From NCBI GenBank assembly GCA_965200245.1, contig CBDATS010000008.1, forward strand, positions 320,001-384,000: 64,000 nt of DNA, read 5' to 3'. This stretch comes from a bacterium. GTDB taxonomy: Bacteria > UBA8248. The position numbers and the translations under genes were made by a program. Below are positions 26,954 to 36,579 of the stretch, piece after piece. The notes under the pieces were generated by a model. The model searched no databases, was not told the DNA's origin, and saw only the letters and a program-made list of their open reading frames with translations. Every line of letters begins with the position of its first letter. The first letter of the stretch is position 1.

Positions 26954-27985
26954 CTAATTGCCTTCTTCGAGCACCTCGGCTACTTCCACGGGCTCACCGC
27001 GCTCCCATGAGCGCATCGCCGCCCACACCGCGCCGAGAACGTGGAGTCCCTCGGCTCCGCCCACTTCGGGCAGGCGGCCTTCGCGGACGGCGCCTTCGAA
27101 ATCCCTGAATTCTTCGATCAAATAATCCTGTCTGGGGTATTCCTCGTAGGGAATCTCTTCACGCTTCTCCCCGTCTTTGCGAAGGATTTTGATGCCCTCC
27201 CACCTGTCGTGGTAGAGGTTCGCCTCATCCCCGTAGGCGTTCATGAAGTAGGTGTAGCGTCCGTTTGGCGTGCGAGGGCTGATGAAACTCGTCCCAAGCG
27301 TGCCGAGCAGGCCGGATTCGAATTCGAACCACACGACGCTCACATCGGGGATTTCCGATTTCGTCTTCACCTTGCTGAACGCCGCCGACGCTCGCTTTAT
27401 CGGCCCGTAGAGATAGAGGAGGTTGTCCACCTGGTGGATGGCCACCTGAAGCAGCGGGCCGCCGGGAGAGCCTTCCCTGTACCATTGCCAGTTGTCCGGC
27501 GTGTAGTGAAGCCCCCGGTCGTTCGAATAGTTGGTCTCGGCCATCGCGAGGGTGCCGATGGTTCCCTCATCGAGTAGTTGCTTGAACAGGCGATGGCCCC
27601 GGAGCCACCTCGAACTTGCGCCCACCGCCAAGGTGACGCCTGCGTCCTCGCAGGTGCGGATCATCTTCCTGGCGTCCGGCAGGGTGGCGGCTATCGGCTT
27701 GTCCACGAACACGTGTTTCCCTTGCTCGGCCGCCGCCATGGCGAGCTCGGCATGCTTGTTGTTGGGTGCTGCGATGACTACGGCATCTACCTCGGGGTGT
27801 CGCACCACCGCCTCGTAGCTCTCCTCCTCGCCGCAAGAAAATTTTTCGCGGAACGCCTTTCTTTTTTCGGGCGTTCTGGTGAAGCAGGTGGTGATTTTCA
27901 TCCCGGGCGTTCTTTCGATGTAGGACGCCAGGGTGTTGCCCCAGCGGCCTAGCCCGACAACGGCTACCCTCAACGGATCGCTCAT
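26954..27985 (-). CDS. Gfo/Idh/MocA family oxidoreductase
   Basis: VVGLGRWG, HVFVDKP, GGPLLQVAIHQVD; start ATG 27985. Confidence 0.87.
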   Translation of the reverse strand: MSDPLRVAVVGLGRWGNTLASYIERTPGMKITTCFTRTPEKRKAFREKFSCGEEESYEAVVRHPEVDAVVIAAPNNKHAELAMAAAEQGKHVFVDKPIAATLPDARKMIRTCEDAGVTLAVGASSRWLRGHRLFKQLLDEGTIGTLAMAETNYSNDRGLHYTPDNWQWYREGSPGGPLLQVAIHQVDNLLYLYGPIKRASAAFSKVKTKSEIPDVSVVWFEFESGLLGTLGTSFISPRTPNGRYTYFMNAYGDEANLYHDRWEGIKILRKDGEKREEIPYEEYPRQDYLIEEFRDFEGAVREGRLPEVGGAEGLHVLGAVWAAMRSWERGEPVEVAEVLEEGN

Positions 27986-28014
27986 CTTGTTTCTCTCCTC
28001 ATCACGCAACGAAC

Positions 28015-28920
28015 TCACAACGATTTCAAACGCGGATCCAGCACGTTTCTCAGCCAGTCGCCCACCAGGTTTGCTCCCAGAACCGTTACTGTAATCGCCA
28101 AACCGGGCAGGGTGACGACCCACCAGGAGGTGTAAAGGTGCACCTTGCCGTCACTGAGCAGACCGCCCCATGTGGGCGTGGGCGGCGGCACGCCCAGTCC
28201 CAGGAAGCTCAGGCCCGCCTCGATGATTATCATCCGTCCCAGATAGAGGGAGGCGATGATGATGACGGGTGCCAGGACGTTCGGAAGAATGTGGCGGACG
28301 ATGATGCGGAAATGACTTCCGCCGATGCTCCGCGCTGCCTGGACGAACTCCTGCTCGCGCAACGTGAGCACTTCGCCGCGTACGACACGGGCGTAGATGA
28401 CCCAGATGCGCATTGACATCACGAATATGAGTACGACGAGGCTCGGCCCCACGATGGCGATGGTCGCCAGTGCCAGCAGGATGAACGGAAACGAGAGTAC
28501 CAGATCAACGAGCCGCATGAGCAGGAAATCCACTTTTCCGCCGAAATAGCCCGCCACCAGTCCCACGCAAAGCCCGAAGCATCCGGTGAGCAAGACGGCG
28601 AAAAAGCCCACCAGCAGCGATATGCGCGCGCCGTAGATGAGTCTACTCAGGAAATCCCGTCCCAGGTGGTCCGTGCCGAGCAGGTAAATTTGCTGACCGT
28701 CCGACCACATGGGCGGTTTCAGGTTTCTGTCCAGCATTTGTGCCTGGGGGTCCATGGGCGCGAGCAGCGGCGCGAAGACGGCCATGATCACCACCGACAG
28801 GAGGATCACGAAGCCCAGGAGCGCTGATTTATCTTTCCACAGAGATGTCCATACTTTCGGGCGCTTGGGGAGCGTTTCGAGCTCCATGGATTCCTGAATG
28901 GCGAGTGTTTGTTCTCTCAT
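28015..28920 (-). CDS. dppC: Dpp/Opp-type ABC permease (DppC-like)
   Basis: LGTDHLGRD, RHILPN, EAGLSFLGLG. Confidence 0.9.
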   Translation of the reverse strand: MREQTLAIQESMELETLPKRPKVWTSLWKDKSALLGFVILLSVVIMAVFAPLLAPMDPQAQMLDRNLKPPMWSDGQQIYLLGTDHLGRDFLSRLIYGARISLLVGFFAVLLTGCFGLCVGLVAGYFGGKVDFLLMRLVDLVLSFPFILLALATIAIVGPSLVVLIFVMSMRIWVIYARVVRGEVLTLREQEFVQAARSIGGSHFRIIVRHILPNVLAPVIIIASLYLGRMIIIEAGLSFLGLGVPPPTPTWGGLLSDGKVHLYTSWWVVTLPGLAITVTVLGANLVGDWLRNVLDPRLKSL

Positions 28921-29834
28921 TCGTAGGTAATCCTCGGGTCGAGATAGGCGTAGACCAGATCCACGGTCAGATTGATCAGCACGAACCCTGACGCCAGAAG
29001 AAAGACAGCGGCCTGGACGATCGGGAAATCACGGTTCGCGATTGAATCGACCACCAGCCGTCCGACCCCCGGCCACGCGAAAACCACCTCGATGATCACC
29101 GTGCCGCCAAGGAGAATACCCAGATCCAGCCCCATGACGGTCACGATCGGAATCGAGGAATTTTTCAGGGTATGCACCATGAGCACGATTTTTTCGCTCA
29201 TCCCCTTCGCCCGCGCCGTCATGATGTAGTCCTGGCGCAATACCTCCAGCATCTGGGAGCGCATGAGCCTTGCGAGCCGGGCGAGGTGATACGTGGAGGC
29301 GGCGAAAGCCGGCATGATGAAATGCTCCCACCCCCCGCGACCGAAAGACGGCAGAAGCCCCAGTGTCACCGAGAAGAACATGATGAACATGATCGCCAGC
29401 CAGAAATCGGGGACCGCCTGCATCAGCACGGTGATACCCACGCAGCCTTTGTCGTAGGATGAGCCTTCCTTGAATGCCGCCAGACACCCGAAGGGAATAC
29501 CGATGAGCACGGCAAAGACGAAGGCCCCCACTGCCATCTCTATCGTCGCCGGGAAGTGTTCCAGGACAAGTCCCATGGCTGATTCACCGTGTTCGGTGGA
29601 TTCGCCGAAATTCCCCTGCAGGGCGTTTTGGAAAAAACGCCCGTACTGCACGTAGAGCGGCTGGTCGAACCCCATGAGTTTTCGCAGGTGCTCGATGTCT
29701 TCCTGGGTCGCATCGGTATCGAGCATCACGAGAACAGGGTCGCCCGTCATGTGGAGCAGGAGAAACACGATAATCATGACGCACTTGAGGAGGACTATTG
29801 CCTGGAGCAAGCGCTTTACAACGTATCCGGCCAT
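28917..29834 (-). CDS. dppB: Dpp/Opp-type ABC permease (DppB-like)
   Basis: GDP, RSQMLEVLRQDYIMTARAKG, LDPRI. Confidence 0.9.
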   Translation of the reverse strand: MAGYVVKRLLQAIVLLKCVMIIVFLLLHMTGDPVLVMLDTDATQEDIEHLRKLMGFDQPLYVQYGRFFQNALQGNFGESTEHGESAMGLVLEHFPATIEMAVGAFVFAVLIGIPFGCLAAFKEGSSYDKGCVGITVLMQAVPDFWLAIMFIMFFSVTLGLLPSFGRGGWEHFIMPAFAASTYHLARLARLMRSQMLEVLRQDYIMTARAKGMSEKIVLMVHTLKNSSIPIVTVMGLDLGILLGGTVIIEVVFAWPGVGRLVVDSIANRDFPIVQAAVFLLASGFVLINLTVDLVYAYLDPRITYE

Positions 29835-29950
29835 AAGAACCACCCTGCGGCAAGGAAATCCGGTTTTTGAATTTCGAGGACGATGTCTGCCTCTCCGCCA
29901 CTGGGCTGCGTCAGATGCGAATCACCCGACTGTGGGCGTTTCGCGCACTT

Positions 29951-29989
29951 CTCCGGCCAGGGCGGGTTTGCGCCTGCGCCTGGCCGGAG
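29951..29989 (-). terminator. Stem-loop after binding-protein gene
   Basis: CTCCGGCCAGG (29951-29961) pairs with CCTGGCCGGAG (29979-29989). Confidence 0.55.
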
Positions 29990-30015
29990 CTTCGCCTCGA
30001 ACCAGGGAAATGGAT

Positions 30016-31530
30016 CTACTTCAAGCCGACCTCGGCGGCTATCAGCTTCCCGTCGGCGCGCGGTTTCCAGTTTATCTTCTTGTTCGCGCCGAAGATACGG
30101 AAGGTCTGATACAGCGGAATGATCGGCACCTTCTTGTGTCGCAGCACGCTTGCGATGTTCTGGTATTTCTTCTCCCGTGCCTTGTCGTCCAGTGTTGAGC
30201 GCGCATCATTGATCATCGCGTCAACGGCCTTGTCGCGGAACCCGCCGTAGGCCGAGCGGCTGCTGATGGCGCCTGCGAACATGTGCTCGGCGCTGAAGGC
30301 CGTGTTCATGCGCGCAAGATAGTAGAGGAACGGTTTCACGTTCTTCTTATACTTGCTGAAGATCACCTTCTTCATCGCGCCCCATTCCATCACGCGGACG
30401 TTCGCCTTGAGGCCGACCTTTGCCCACTGGCCCGCGATGCCCTCGAGTGCCTCCTTGCCCATCATGAAACGTCCGCGGGGGATGTACACGTCGAAGGAGA
30501 ATCCTTTCGGGAATCCGGCCTCGGCGAGCAACTTCTTCGCCTTTGCGGGATCGTAGGGATAGGGCTTGAGTTCGGGGTTGTAGCCGAAACTCGCGGGACC
30601 CTGGATGATCGCCACCGACTTGGCGAAGCCCATCATCACGTTTTTGGTGATGGCCTCGCGGTTGATGGCGAGGTTCATGGCCCGGCGCACCCGCACATCC
30701 ATCCAGGGTGCCCCCTCCTTGATGACCATCAGGATGTAGTTGGTGCGTGGCGACTGCTTGGCGATGACGTCCGTCTTGCCACTCGCGCGGACGCGTTCGC
30801 TCAGGGCCGGAGGCAGATTGTCGATCACGTCCACATCGCCCGAGATAAGCGCGGAGACGCGCGTGGTGGACTCGGGAATGAATTTCACCACCGCCGTCTT
30901 CACCCTGGGCTTTCTCCAGGCGTTGGGGTTCGCCTCGTAGACGACCTCTTGGCCCTTGCGCCATCTCTTCATCACGAAGGGCCCGCTTCCCACCGGGTTG
31001 CGGGAGAGGTGTTTCTTGTCGTGTTTCTTGTAGTAGTTGGGTGGCACGATGAAGCCGTAGATTGCCAGAAACGGCGGGAGCATGGGGTCGGGTTTTTTCG
31101 TGTGAATCCGGACCGTGTGTTCATCGACCACTTCCAGCTTCGCCATGCTCTTGAAGTAGCGGTATTGTCTCGATTTCATCTTGGGGTCGAGAATCCGCTC
31201 GAAACTGAATTTCACGGCCTCTGCGTTCACAGGGTCTCCGTTGCTGAACTTCACGCCCTTCCTGATCTTGAACTCCCACACCTTGGGGCTCACCATCTTG
31301 TAGCTTTCGGCGAGCTGGTTCGTCATGGAGCCGTCGGGAGCGCGCGCGAGCAGCGTCTCGAAGACGTTGGGATGGTGCATCGAAATCGGCAGGGAAGAGA
31401 AGGTGTGCGGATCGAACGTCGTCAGCGCACCGGCCATCCCCAGCACCACCTTCCCCTTAGGCGCCGCCTTTACTCCCGCGGAGAGCAGCAACAGCGATAG
31501 TACGACCATCCAGAGCCAAAGCCTCTTCAT
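30016..31530 (-). CDS. Family 5 (Dpp/Opp/Nik) ABC substrate-binding protein
   Basis: Signal peptide, TFDPH, GVKFSNG, PVGSGPF, RVRRAMNLAINR. Confidence 0.9.
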   Translation of the reverse strand: MKRLWLWMVVLSLLLLSAGVKAAPKGKVVLGMAGALTTFDPHTFSSLPISMHHPNVFETLLARAPDGSMTNQLAESYKMVSPKVWEFKIRKGVKFSNGDPVNAEAVKFSFERILDPKMKSRQYRYFKSMAKLEVVDEHTVRIHTKKPDPMLPPFLAIYGFIVPPNYYKKHDKKHLSRNPVGSGPFVMKRWRKGQEVVYEANPNAWRKPRVKTAVVKFIPESTTRVSALISGDVDVIDNLPPALSERVRASGKTDVIAKQSPRTNYILMVIKEGAPWMDVRVRRAMNLAINREAITKNVMMGFAKSVAIIQGPASFGYNPELKPYPYDPAKAKKLLAEAGFPKGFSFDVYIPRGRFMMGKEALEGIAGQWAKVGLKANVRVMEWGAMKKVIFSKYKKNVKPFLYYLARMNTAFSAEHMFAGAISSRSAYGGFRDKAVDAMINDARSTLDDKAREKKYQNIASVLRHKKVPIIPLYQTFRIFGANKKINWKPRADGKLIAAEVGLK

Positions 31531-31566
31531 CTCGTGTCCTCCTTTAGATAAGAATCAAACAAGCCG

Positions 31567-32709
31567 TCAGAGACAAACCAGTTCATCCGTACTCGTGTTC
31601 AGTGGTTCATGGCCATCTTCGGTGACCAGATAGGTTTCGCCCCAGAAAATCTGGCGATTGGATCCCAGGTTGAACATGGGGTGTGTCGTCACCACCATGC
31701 CGGGCTGCAACTCTCCCTCGGAGATCGGTGTGATCATGTAATCGGTAAGATCCAGGCCCGTAAGATGCACGAGGCCATAGGGCCACACCTCGTAGCCATG
31801 CTTTTCGAATACGTCGTTCATCGCCGTGACCATGCCGACCATCGGCTCTCCCGGCTTCATGTGCTCCAAGGAAGCGTCACGCGCCTCGCGCACCACCTGA
31901 TGGGAATCGACCAGCCATTTTTCCGCATCGCCCAGCGCCAGAACCCGCACGATCTGGTTCCAGTAACCTCGAACGCGCGGGGAGATTTCCAGCAGCACAG
32001 CGTCGCCTTGCCTGATGGGCCTATTCGTCTGGGGGATGACGTAGCCCCACGGTGCTTCGCCGCCGTTGGCCATGCTGGCGAGGCCCATCATGTTGAAGTT
32101 TTCGGTTCCCCCCTCGGGGATGATCACCCTGTCCATCTCGGCGCGCATGTCGAGTTCCGTCACCCCTTCGTGGATGAATTCGCACAGATGATTCCACACC
32201 TTGTCGCCGAGCCGGGCCGCGTGGCGCGACATTTCGACTTCCTCTTCGCTTTGCACGAGACGCAACTTCCAGATCAACTCTCCCGCCTCCACCCATTCGG
32301 CGGCGCTCACCTGATCCAGAAGCTGCTGATGCCAGGCCACGGGAATGAGGGCGAGCGAGGAGATACCGATTCTCGAGCTTGAGGAGGTGATTTCGTTCAG
32401 GTAGTTGCACACCTGTTTCGGGACGGGCATCAGCGCCTCACAGCGCGTGTCGGTGATCCAGCCGTTCCGCAAGGATTCGATTCTCTGGTTCTCCACCCCC
32501 ACGAACAGGACGGGTTCTCCCTCGCGCGGGAAAACCAGCATCTGCTGACCGGAGAACGAGATGAAATTGCTGACGTAGGCCAGGTTACCCGTACGCGGTC
32601 CCTGGCGGCCGCTGTTACCGTAGACGACGAGAATATCCAGGTTCTCGCGCTCCATTTCTGCCCTGAGATTCGCGTGACGGCGGTCACGCTCTTTGGTCGA
32701 TAATCCCAA
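31567..32709 (-). CDS. M24/creatinase-like hydrolase with non-canonical metal site
   Basis: Creatinase-type N-domain; C-domain LLEIS..GYWNQ, VHLTG, TTHP, GETYLVT. Confidence 0.75.
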   Translation of the reverse strand: MGLSTKERDRRHANLRAEMERENLDILVVYGNSGRQGPRTGNLAYVSNFISFSGQQMLVFPREGEPVLFVGVENQRIESLRNGWITDTRCEALMPVPKQVCNYLNEITSSSSRIGISSLALIPVAWHQQLLDQVSAAEWVEAGELIWKLRLVQSEEEVEMSRHAARLGDKVWNHLCEFIHEGVTELDMRAEMDRVIIPEGGTENFNMMGLASMANGGEAPWGYVIPQTNRPIRQGDAVLLEISPRVRGYWNQIVRVLALGDAEKWLVDSHQVVREARDASLEHMKPGEPMVGMVTAMNDVFEKHGYEVWPYGLVHLTGLDLTDYMITPISEGELQPGMVVTTHPMFNLGSNRQIFWGETYLVTEDGHEPLNTSTDELVCL

Positions 32710-32736
32710 CTTTCCTCTCCTTCGCGTTGCGCATTG

Positions 32737-33489
32737 TTAGAAGATCACCTTCCCGCCCGAGACAGCCATGTTCACGCCGGTCACGTAGGCGGCCTCATCA
32801 CTGCAGAAAAATACCACGGCGCCACCGACATCCTCGAAGCGTCCGAGACGCTTCATGGGGATGGCGTCGATGTATTCTCGTTGGTAATCGTCAGAATGGA
32901 GTATCGGCCGCTCCGTTTCGGTGAGGCCCGGCGAGACCATGTTCACTGTCACGCCGTAGGGGCCCGTTTCCACAGCCAGGTTTTGCGAGAAATACAGGAG
33001 CGCGGATTTTACAGTCCCGTAGGAGTTCGTGCGCGCGCGTTTCTCGCCCAGCACAGTAGACAAGATGTTGACGATACGGCCCCAGCCCCTCTTCTGCATG
33101 CCCGGCAGTGCCGCTCGGCAGCAATGGAAAGCGCCCTTCAGCATCACCTGTATCTGGGGCTCATAGTCCTCCTCCCAGGTCATCTCCATGAAGGCCCTGC
33201 CCTTCACCAGTTGCCGCGCGTTGTTCACGAGGATATCTATGCCGCCCATGTGATTCTCGCATTCTTCGAACATGCGCGCCACATCGTCATATCGACTCAC
33301 GTCGGCCTGCACGCTGAACGCCTTGCCGCCTTCGTCCCGAATCGTTTTTGCGGTCTCCTGCGCTGCCGCCTCGCCGGCGTGGTAGTGCACGGCGACCGCG
33401 GCACCCTCTCGCGCCAAAGCGTGGGCGATAGCTTTGCCGATGCCCCGCGTAGCGCCTGTGACGAGCGCGGTGCGTCCTTCGAGTTTCAT
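32737..33489 (-). CDS. Short-chain dehydrogenase/reductase
   Basis: TGATRGIG, NNA, YGTVK; start ATG 33489. Confidence 0.88.
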   Translation of the reverse strand: MKLEGRTALVTGATRGIGKAIAHALAREGAAVAVHYHAGEAAAQETAKTIRDEGGKAFSVQADVSRYDDVARMFEECENHMGGIDILVNNARQLVKGRAFMEMTWEEDYEPQIQVMLKGAFHCCRAALPGMQKRGWGRIVNILSTVLGEKRARTNSYGTVKSALLYFSQNLAVETGPYGVTVNMVSPGLTETERPILHSDDYQREYIDAIPMKRLGRFEDVGGAVVFFCSDEAAYVTGVNMAVSGGKVIF

Positions 33490-33590
33490 GCGGAACTCAC
33501 TCAAAGCGTGAACGAAAAATATATCCCAGCGAAGAACGAAAACGATTCTCGCATCCAGTGCCATAAAGAAAATGACAATCAAACCTTGAA

Positions 33591-33616
33591 TAATGGTATT
33601 ATATTCAATACCATTA
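33591..33616. promoter_or_regulatory. Perfect 10-bp inverted repeat, candidate operator in a divergent promoter region
   Basis: TAATGGTATT-atattc-AATACCATTA in the AT-rich intergenic region between the SDR and GntR genes. Confidence 0.65.
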
Positions 33617-33738
33617 AAGACCGCAAGTATTATCTTCATGAAGAAACTATTTTATAACGAAGTTGCAATATGTAAAAATTGCGCTTGATCTGAGACTTGA
33701 AGCCCGTCGATTTATGGGGCATGGAAAGCGAGGAGAAA

Positions 33739-34482
33739 ATGCGGGAACTGATTGCGGAAAAACCGTTTTCGAACGAGTTCGTTCCCTACTATTACCAGAT
33801 TGCGAATCTCTTGCGTGCCAAGATCGAAAGCGGGGAACTCTTCGCGGGCATGAAACTCCCGAAGGAACTGGACCTTTCCAAACATTTCGGTGTCAGTCGG
33901 GTCACCCTGCGACAGGCCCTCGCCATATTGCAGAAAGAAGGGCTTCTGACGCGCGAGCGGCGAAAGGGCACGTTCGTGAACCACGGGGGCGTGAAATCGA
34001 AGATGATTCAACTCACCGGCGTTGTCTGGGAAGAGGATGTCGGAGGGGCGGATATGCAGGTCATTTTGACGGAAGAAGTGGACGCTTCGGCAAGGCTTCA
34101 GGAATTCTTTCGTCTGGGCAACGGGGAGAAGTTGACCATGTTCGAGCGACTCAGGATGGCGGAGAAAGCACCCCTTTGCTACGTGATGAATTACCTGCCC
34201 CGAAAACTCGCGAATGACGTTCTGCCGGAAGATATCCGCAAACGCAGTATGCTCCACATCCTGAAGAGTCGGTTGAAAATCCCGCTGGGCAAGATTCAGC
34301 AGACGTTCGAGGCACGCACCGCGGATAGTGACGTCGCGGACCATCTTTCCATCGGCGTCCTGGCGCCGGTCTTGTATGTGGAAACTTTTGTGTACAGCAA
34401 AGGCGGGGAGCCTGTTGAATTCTCCCAGATATATTACCGGGGAGATCAGCACAGGTACAGAGTGGAGCTCGTGAGCGAGTAG
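33739..34482 (+). CDS. GntR/HutC family transcriptional regulator (HTH plus UTRA)
   Basis: YYQIA, LPKELDL..FGVSRVTLRQAL, RKGTFV; UTRA-like C-terminus; GAGGAG RBS before ATG 33739. Confidence 0.92.
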   Translation: MRELIAEKPFSNEFVPYYYQIANLLRAKIESGELFAGMKLPKELDLSKHFGVSRVTLRQALAILQKEGLLTRERRKGTFVNHGGVKSKMIQLTGVVWEEDVGGADMQVILTEEVDASARLQEFFRLGNGEKLTMFERLRMAEKAPLCYVMNYLPRKLANDVLPEDIRKRSMLHILKSRLKIPLGKIQQTFEARTADSDVADHLSIGVLAPVLYVETFVYSKGGEPVEFSQIYYRGDQHRYRVELVSE

Positions 34483-34539
34483 TCCCTCGCATCTCCGGCT
34501 TCGCGCTTTTCCAAGCTATCACTGGATAGGAGGAACAAG

Positions 34540-35451
34540 ATGTCCCCAAAAAAGGACGAGAAAAAAACGATCGGTTTCATCGGTCTGGGCCTCATGGGAC
34601 AGGCCTTTTCCAAAAATCTCATTGAAGACGGCCATCGTCTTGTGGGAACCGACGTGCTGGCGGGGGCGATGCGAAAATTCAGGCGCTTGGGAGGAGAGAC
34701 TCTCGAATCGCCCCGCGACGTGGCCGAAGCCGCCGATGTCGTATTCATCTCCGTTCCCAATTCGAAGATATCTCTCCAGACCGCGCGGGGGAGAGAGGGT
34801 TATCTGGCCTGTTCCCCTGATTCGGCGCCAGATGTTGTACTCGACACGACAACGTCGGATCCGGAGGATTCGAAAAAACACGCGAAACTGTGCAGGGAAA
34901 AGGGGATTCCATATCTTGAAGCGAGTGTAAGCGGCAACAGTGGTTTCGTGGCGAGACGGGAGGGTCTGTTTCTCATCGGCGGGAACAAAAAGGCCTACGA
35001 GAGTGTGGCGCCGCTTTTGGAGACGATGCTGTCTGATCAGGTTTACTGCGGGCCGTCGGGCTCGGGGGCCGCGATGAAAGTAGTTGTGAACTACATGACT
35101 GCCATGGGGCGTTGCGTCATCGCCGAAGGCTTGCGCTTGGGGATACGAAGCGGATTCGGGAAAGATTTTTTGTTCGACACGCTCAAGAGAAGCCGTGCGG
35201 GCGACTCGAGAATGTTTCATTCCCACGGTGGCAACATGGTGCGGGGCCGGTTTGACCATCCCCTGAGTACCCTGGACGTCATCCGGAAGGACATTGGGCT
35301 GGGTCTCAGACTGGCCAGGAGAAACAGCGCCGTGACGCCTTTGGGCAACGCATGCGCGCCGTTGTACAGGGAAGGCGCGCGTGCAGGCAATGGAGAACTG
35401 GACAGTTCGGCGGTCTATTTGTCCTACCTGGATCGAGAAAACAGGAAATAG
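34540..35451 (+). CDS. 3-hydroxyisobutyrate/6-phosphogluconate dehydrogenase family NAD(P)-dependent oxidoreductase
   Basis: GFIGLGLMG, DTTT, ASVSG, GAAMKVVVN. Confidence 0.85.
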   Translation: MSPKKDEKKTIGFIGLGLMGQAFSKNLIEDGHRLVGTDVLAGAMRKFRRLGGETLESPRDVAEAADVVFISVPNSKISLQTARGREGYLACSPDSAPDVVLDTTTSDPEDSKKHAKLCREKGIPYLEASVSGNSGFVARREGLFLIGGNKKAYESVAPLLETMLSDQVYCGPSGSGAAMKVVVNYMTAMGRCVIAEGLRLGIRSGFGKDFLFDTLKRSRAGDSRMFHSHGGNMVRGRFDHPLSTLDVIRKDIGLGLRLARRNSAVTPLGNACAPLYREGARAGNGELDSSAVYLSYLDRENRK

Positions 35452-35520
35452 GGAACCTCCTGCTTCTTTTGGGATGGAAGGGGCCAGGGATGTCTAGCAT
35501 TTCAAAAATGGGGGTGGCTG

Positions 35521-36531
35521 TTGTCCAAGGAAGCATACGATTTGGCGGATAAGAAATCCACGCTCATCGTTGTGGGCGACATGGAGATTGATCGCCCCGA
35601 ACCACGGAACACATTTTCGAAGGTCGCCACTTATCTGAAAGCGGCCGATCTGCGTTTCGGTGGACTGGAAGCTTCGCTCTCCCGGCTGGGAGAGCCTGCG
35701 AGCGGGAAGATCGTGATGCGTCACGACCCGGAAATGATTCAGGGGTATCTCGAAGGCGGCTTCGAGGTCCTGGCATTTGCCAGCAACCATTCCATGGACT
35801 ACGGGGTCGAACCGTTCGTCGATACGTTGGAGTTGCTGGAGCGAAACGGAATCGCATATTCGGGCGCGGGCCGGAACATTCAGGAAGCGCGAACTCCCGT
35901 TGTTATCGAGCGAGGCGGCGTGCGGTACGGGTTCCTGTCTTACGTGCTGGAACTCCCCCTGGGCTGGGGGGCAGGCCCTGCGAAGCCTGGTGTCGCACCC
36001 ATCCGGCAGGATGCGCTCTATGGTCCTCCCTACGTCAACGAGGAAGATTTGGAGGCGATGGTCGTCGACGTTGAACGCGCGCGGCCGAGGGTTGATTCCC
36101 TTCTGGCCTCGTTCCACTGGGGTGCGAGCCAGAGCCGCACCCTCACGCTTTCCCAGCAGGCGGTAGCGCACGCGGCTATCGAGGCGGGGGTGGACATCGT
36201 CATCGGCCATCACCCTCACATCGTGCAGGGGATCGAAGTGTATCGCGGCAAACCTGCTTTCTACGCACTCGGAAACTTCGTTCTGGATCACGACCACCCG
36301 ATGTTCCTGCCCTCCGCGCGTGAATCGATTTGCCTGAAGGTGACCTTGAGAGACGGGGTGCCAGACCAAGCGGTGATATCGCCGGTATTGATCGAAACGG
36401 ATGGCAGCCCCCGGATCCCGGGACCTGAGGATCCGAAATCGGCGGAAATTCTGGGTATTCTCAAAATCCTTTCGGACAGGCTGGGAACGCGATTTGAGAT
36501 ATCCGGGGGAGAAGGGACAGTGGCACTATGA
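35521..36531 (+). CDS. CapA family (metallophosphoesterase-like) protein
   Basis: VGDM, ASNHSMDYG, FHWG, GHHPHIVQG, YALGNF. Confidence 0.88.
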   Translation: MSKEAYDLADKKSTLIVVGDMEIDRPEPRNTFSKVATYLKAADLRFGGLEASLSRLGEPASGKIVMRHDPEMIQGYLEGGFEVLAFASNHSMDYGVEPFVDTLELLERNGIAYSGAGRNIQEARTPVVIERGGVRYGFLSYVLELPLGWGAGPAKPGVAPIRQDALYGPPYVNEEDLEAMVVDVERARPRVDSLLASFHWGASQSRTLTLSQQAVAHAAIEAGVDIVIGHHPHIVQGIEVYRGKPAFYALGNFVLDHDHPMFLPSARESICLKVTLRDGVPDQAVISPVLIETDGSPRIPGPEDPKSAEILGILKILSDRLGTRFEISGGEGTVAL

Positions 36532-36579
36532 ATCGCTTTTTTGCGTCCATTTCAAGTGGCGAGGCGCGGGGAATCCATC

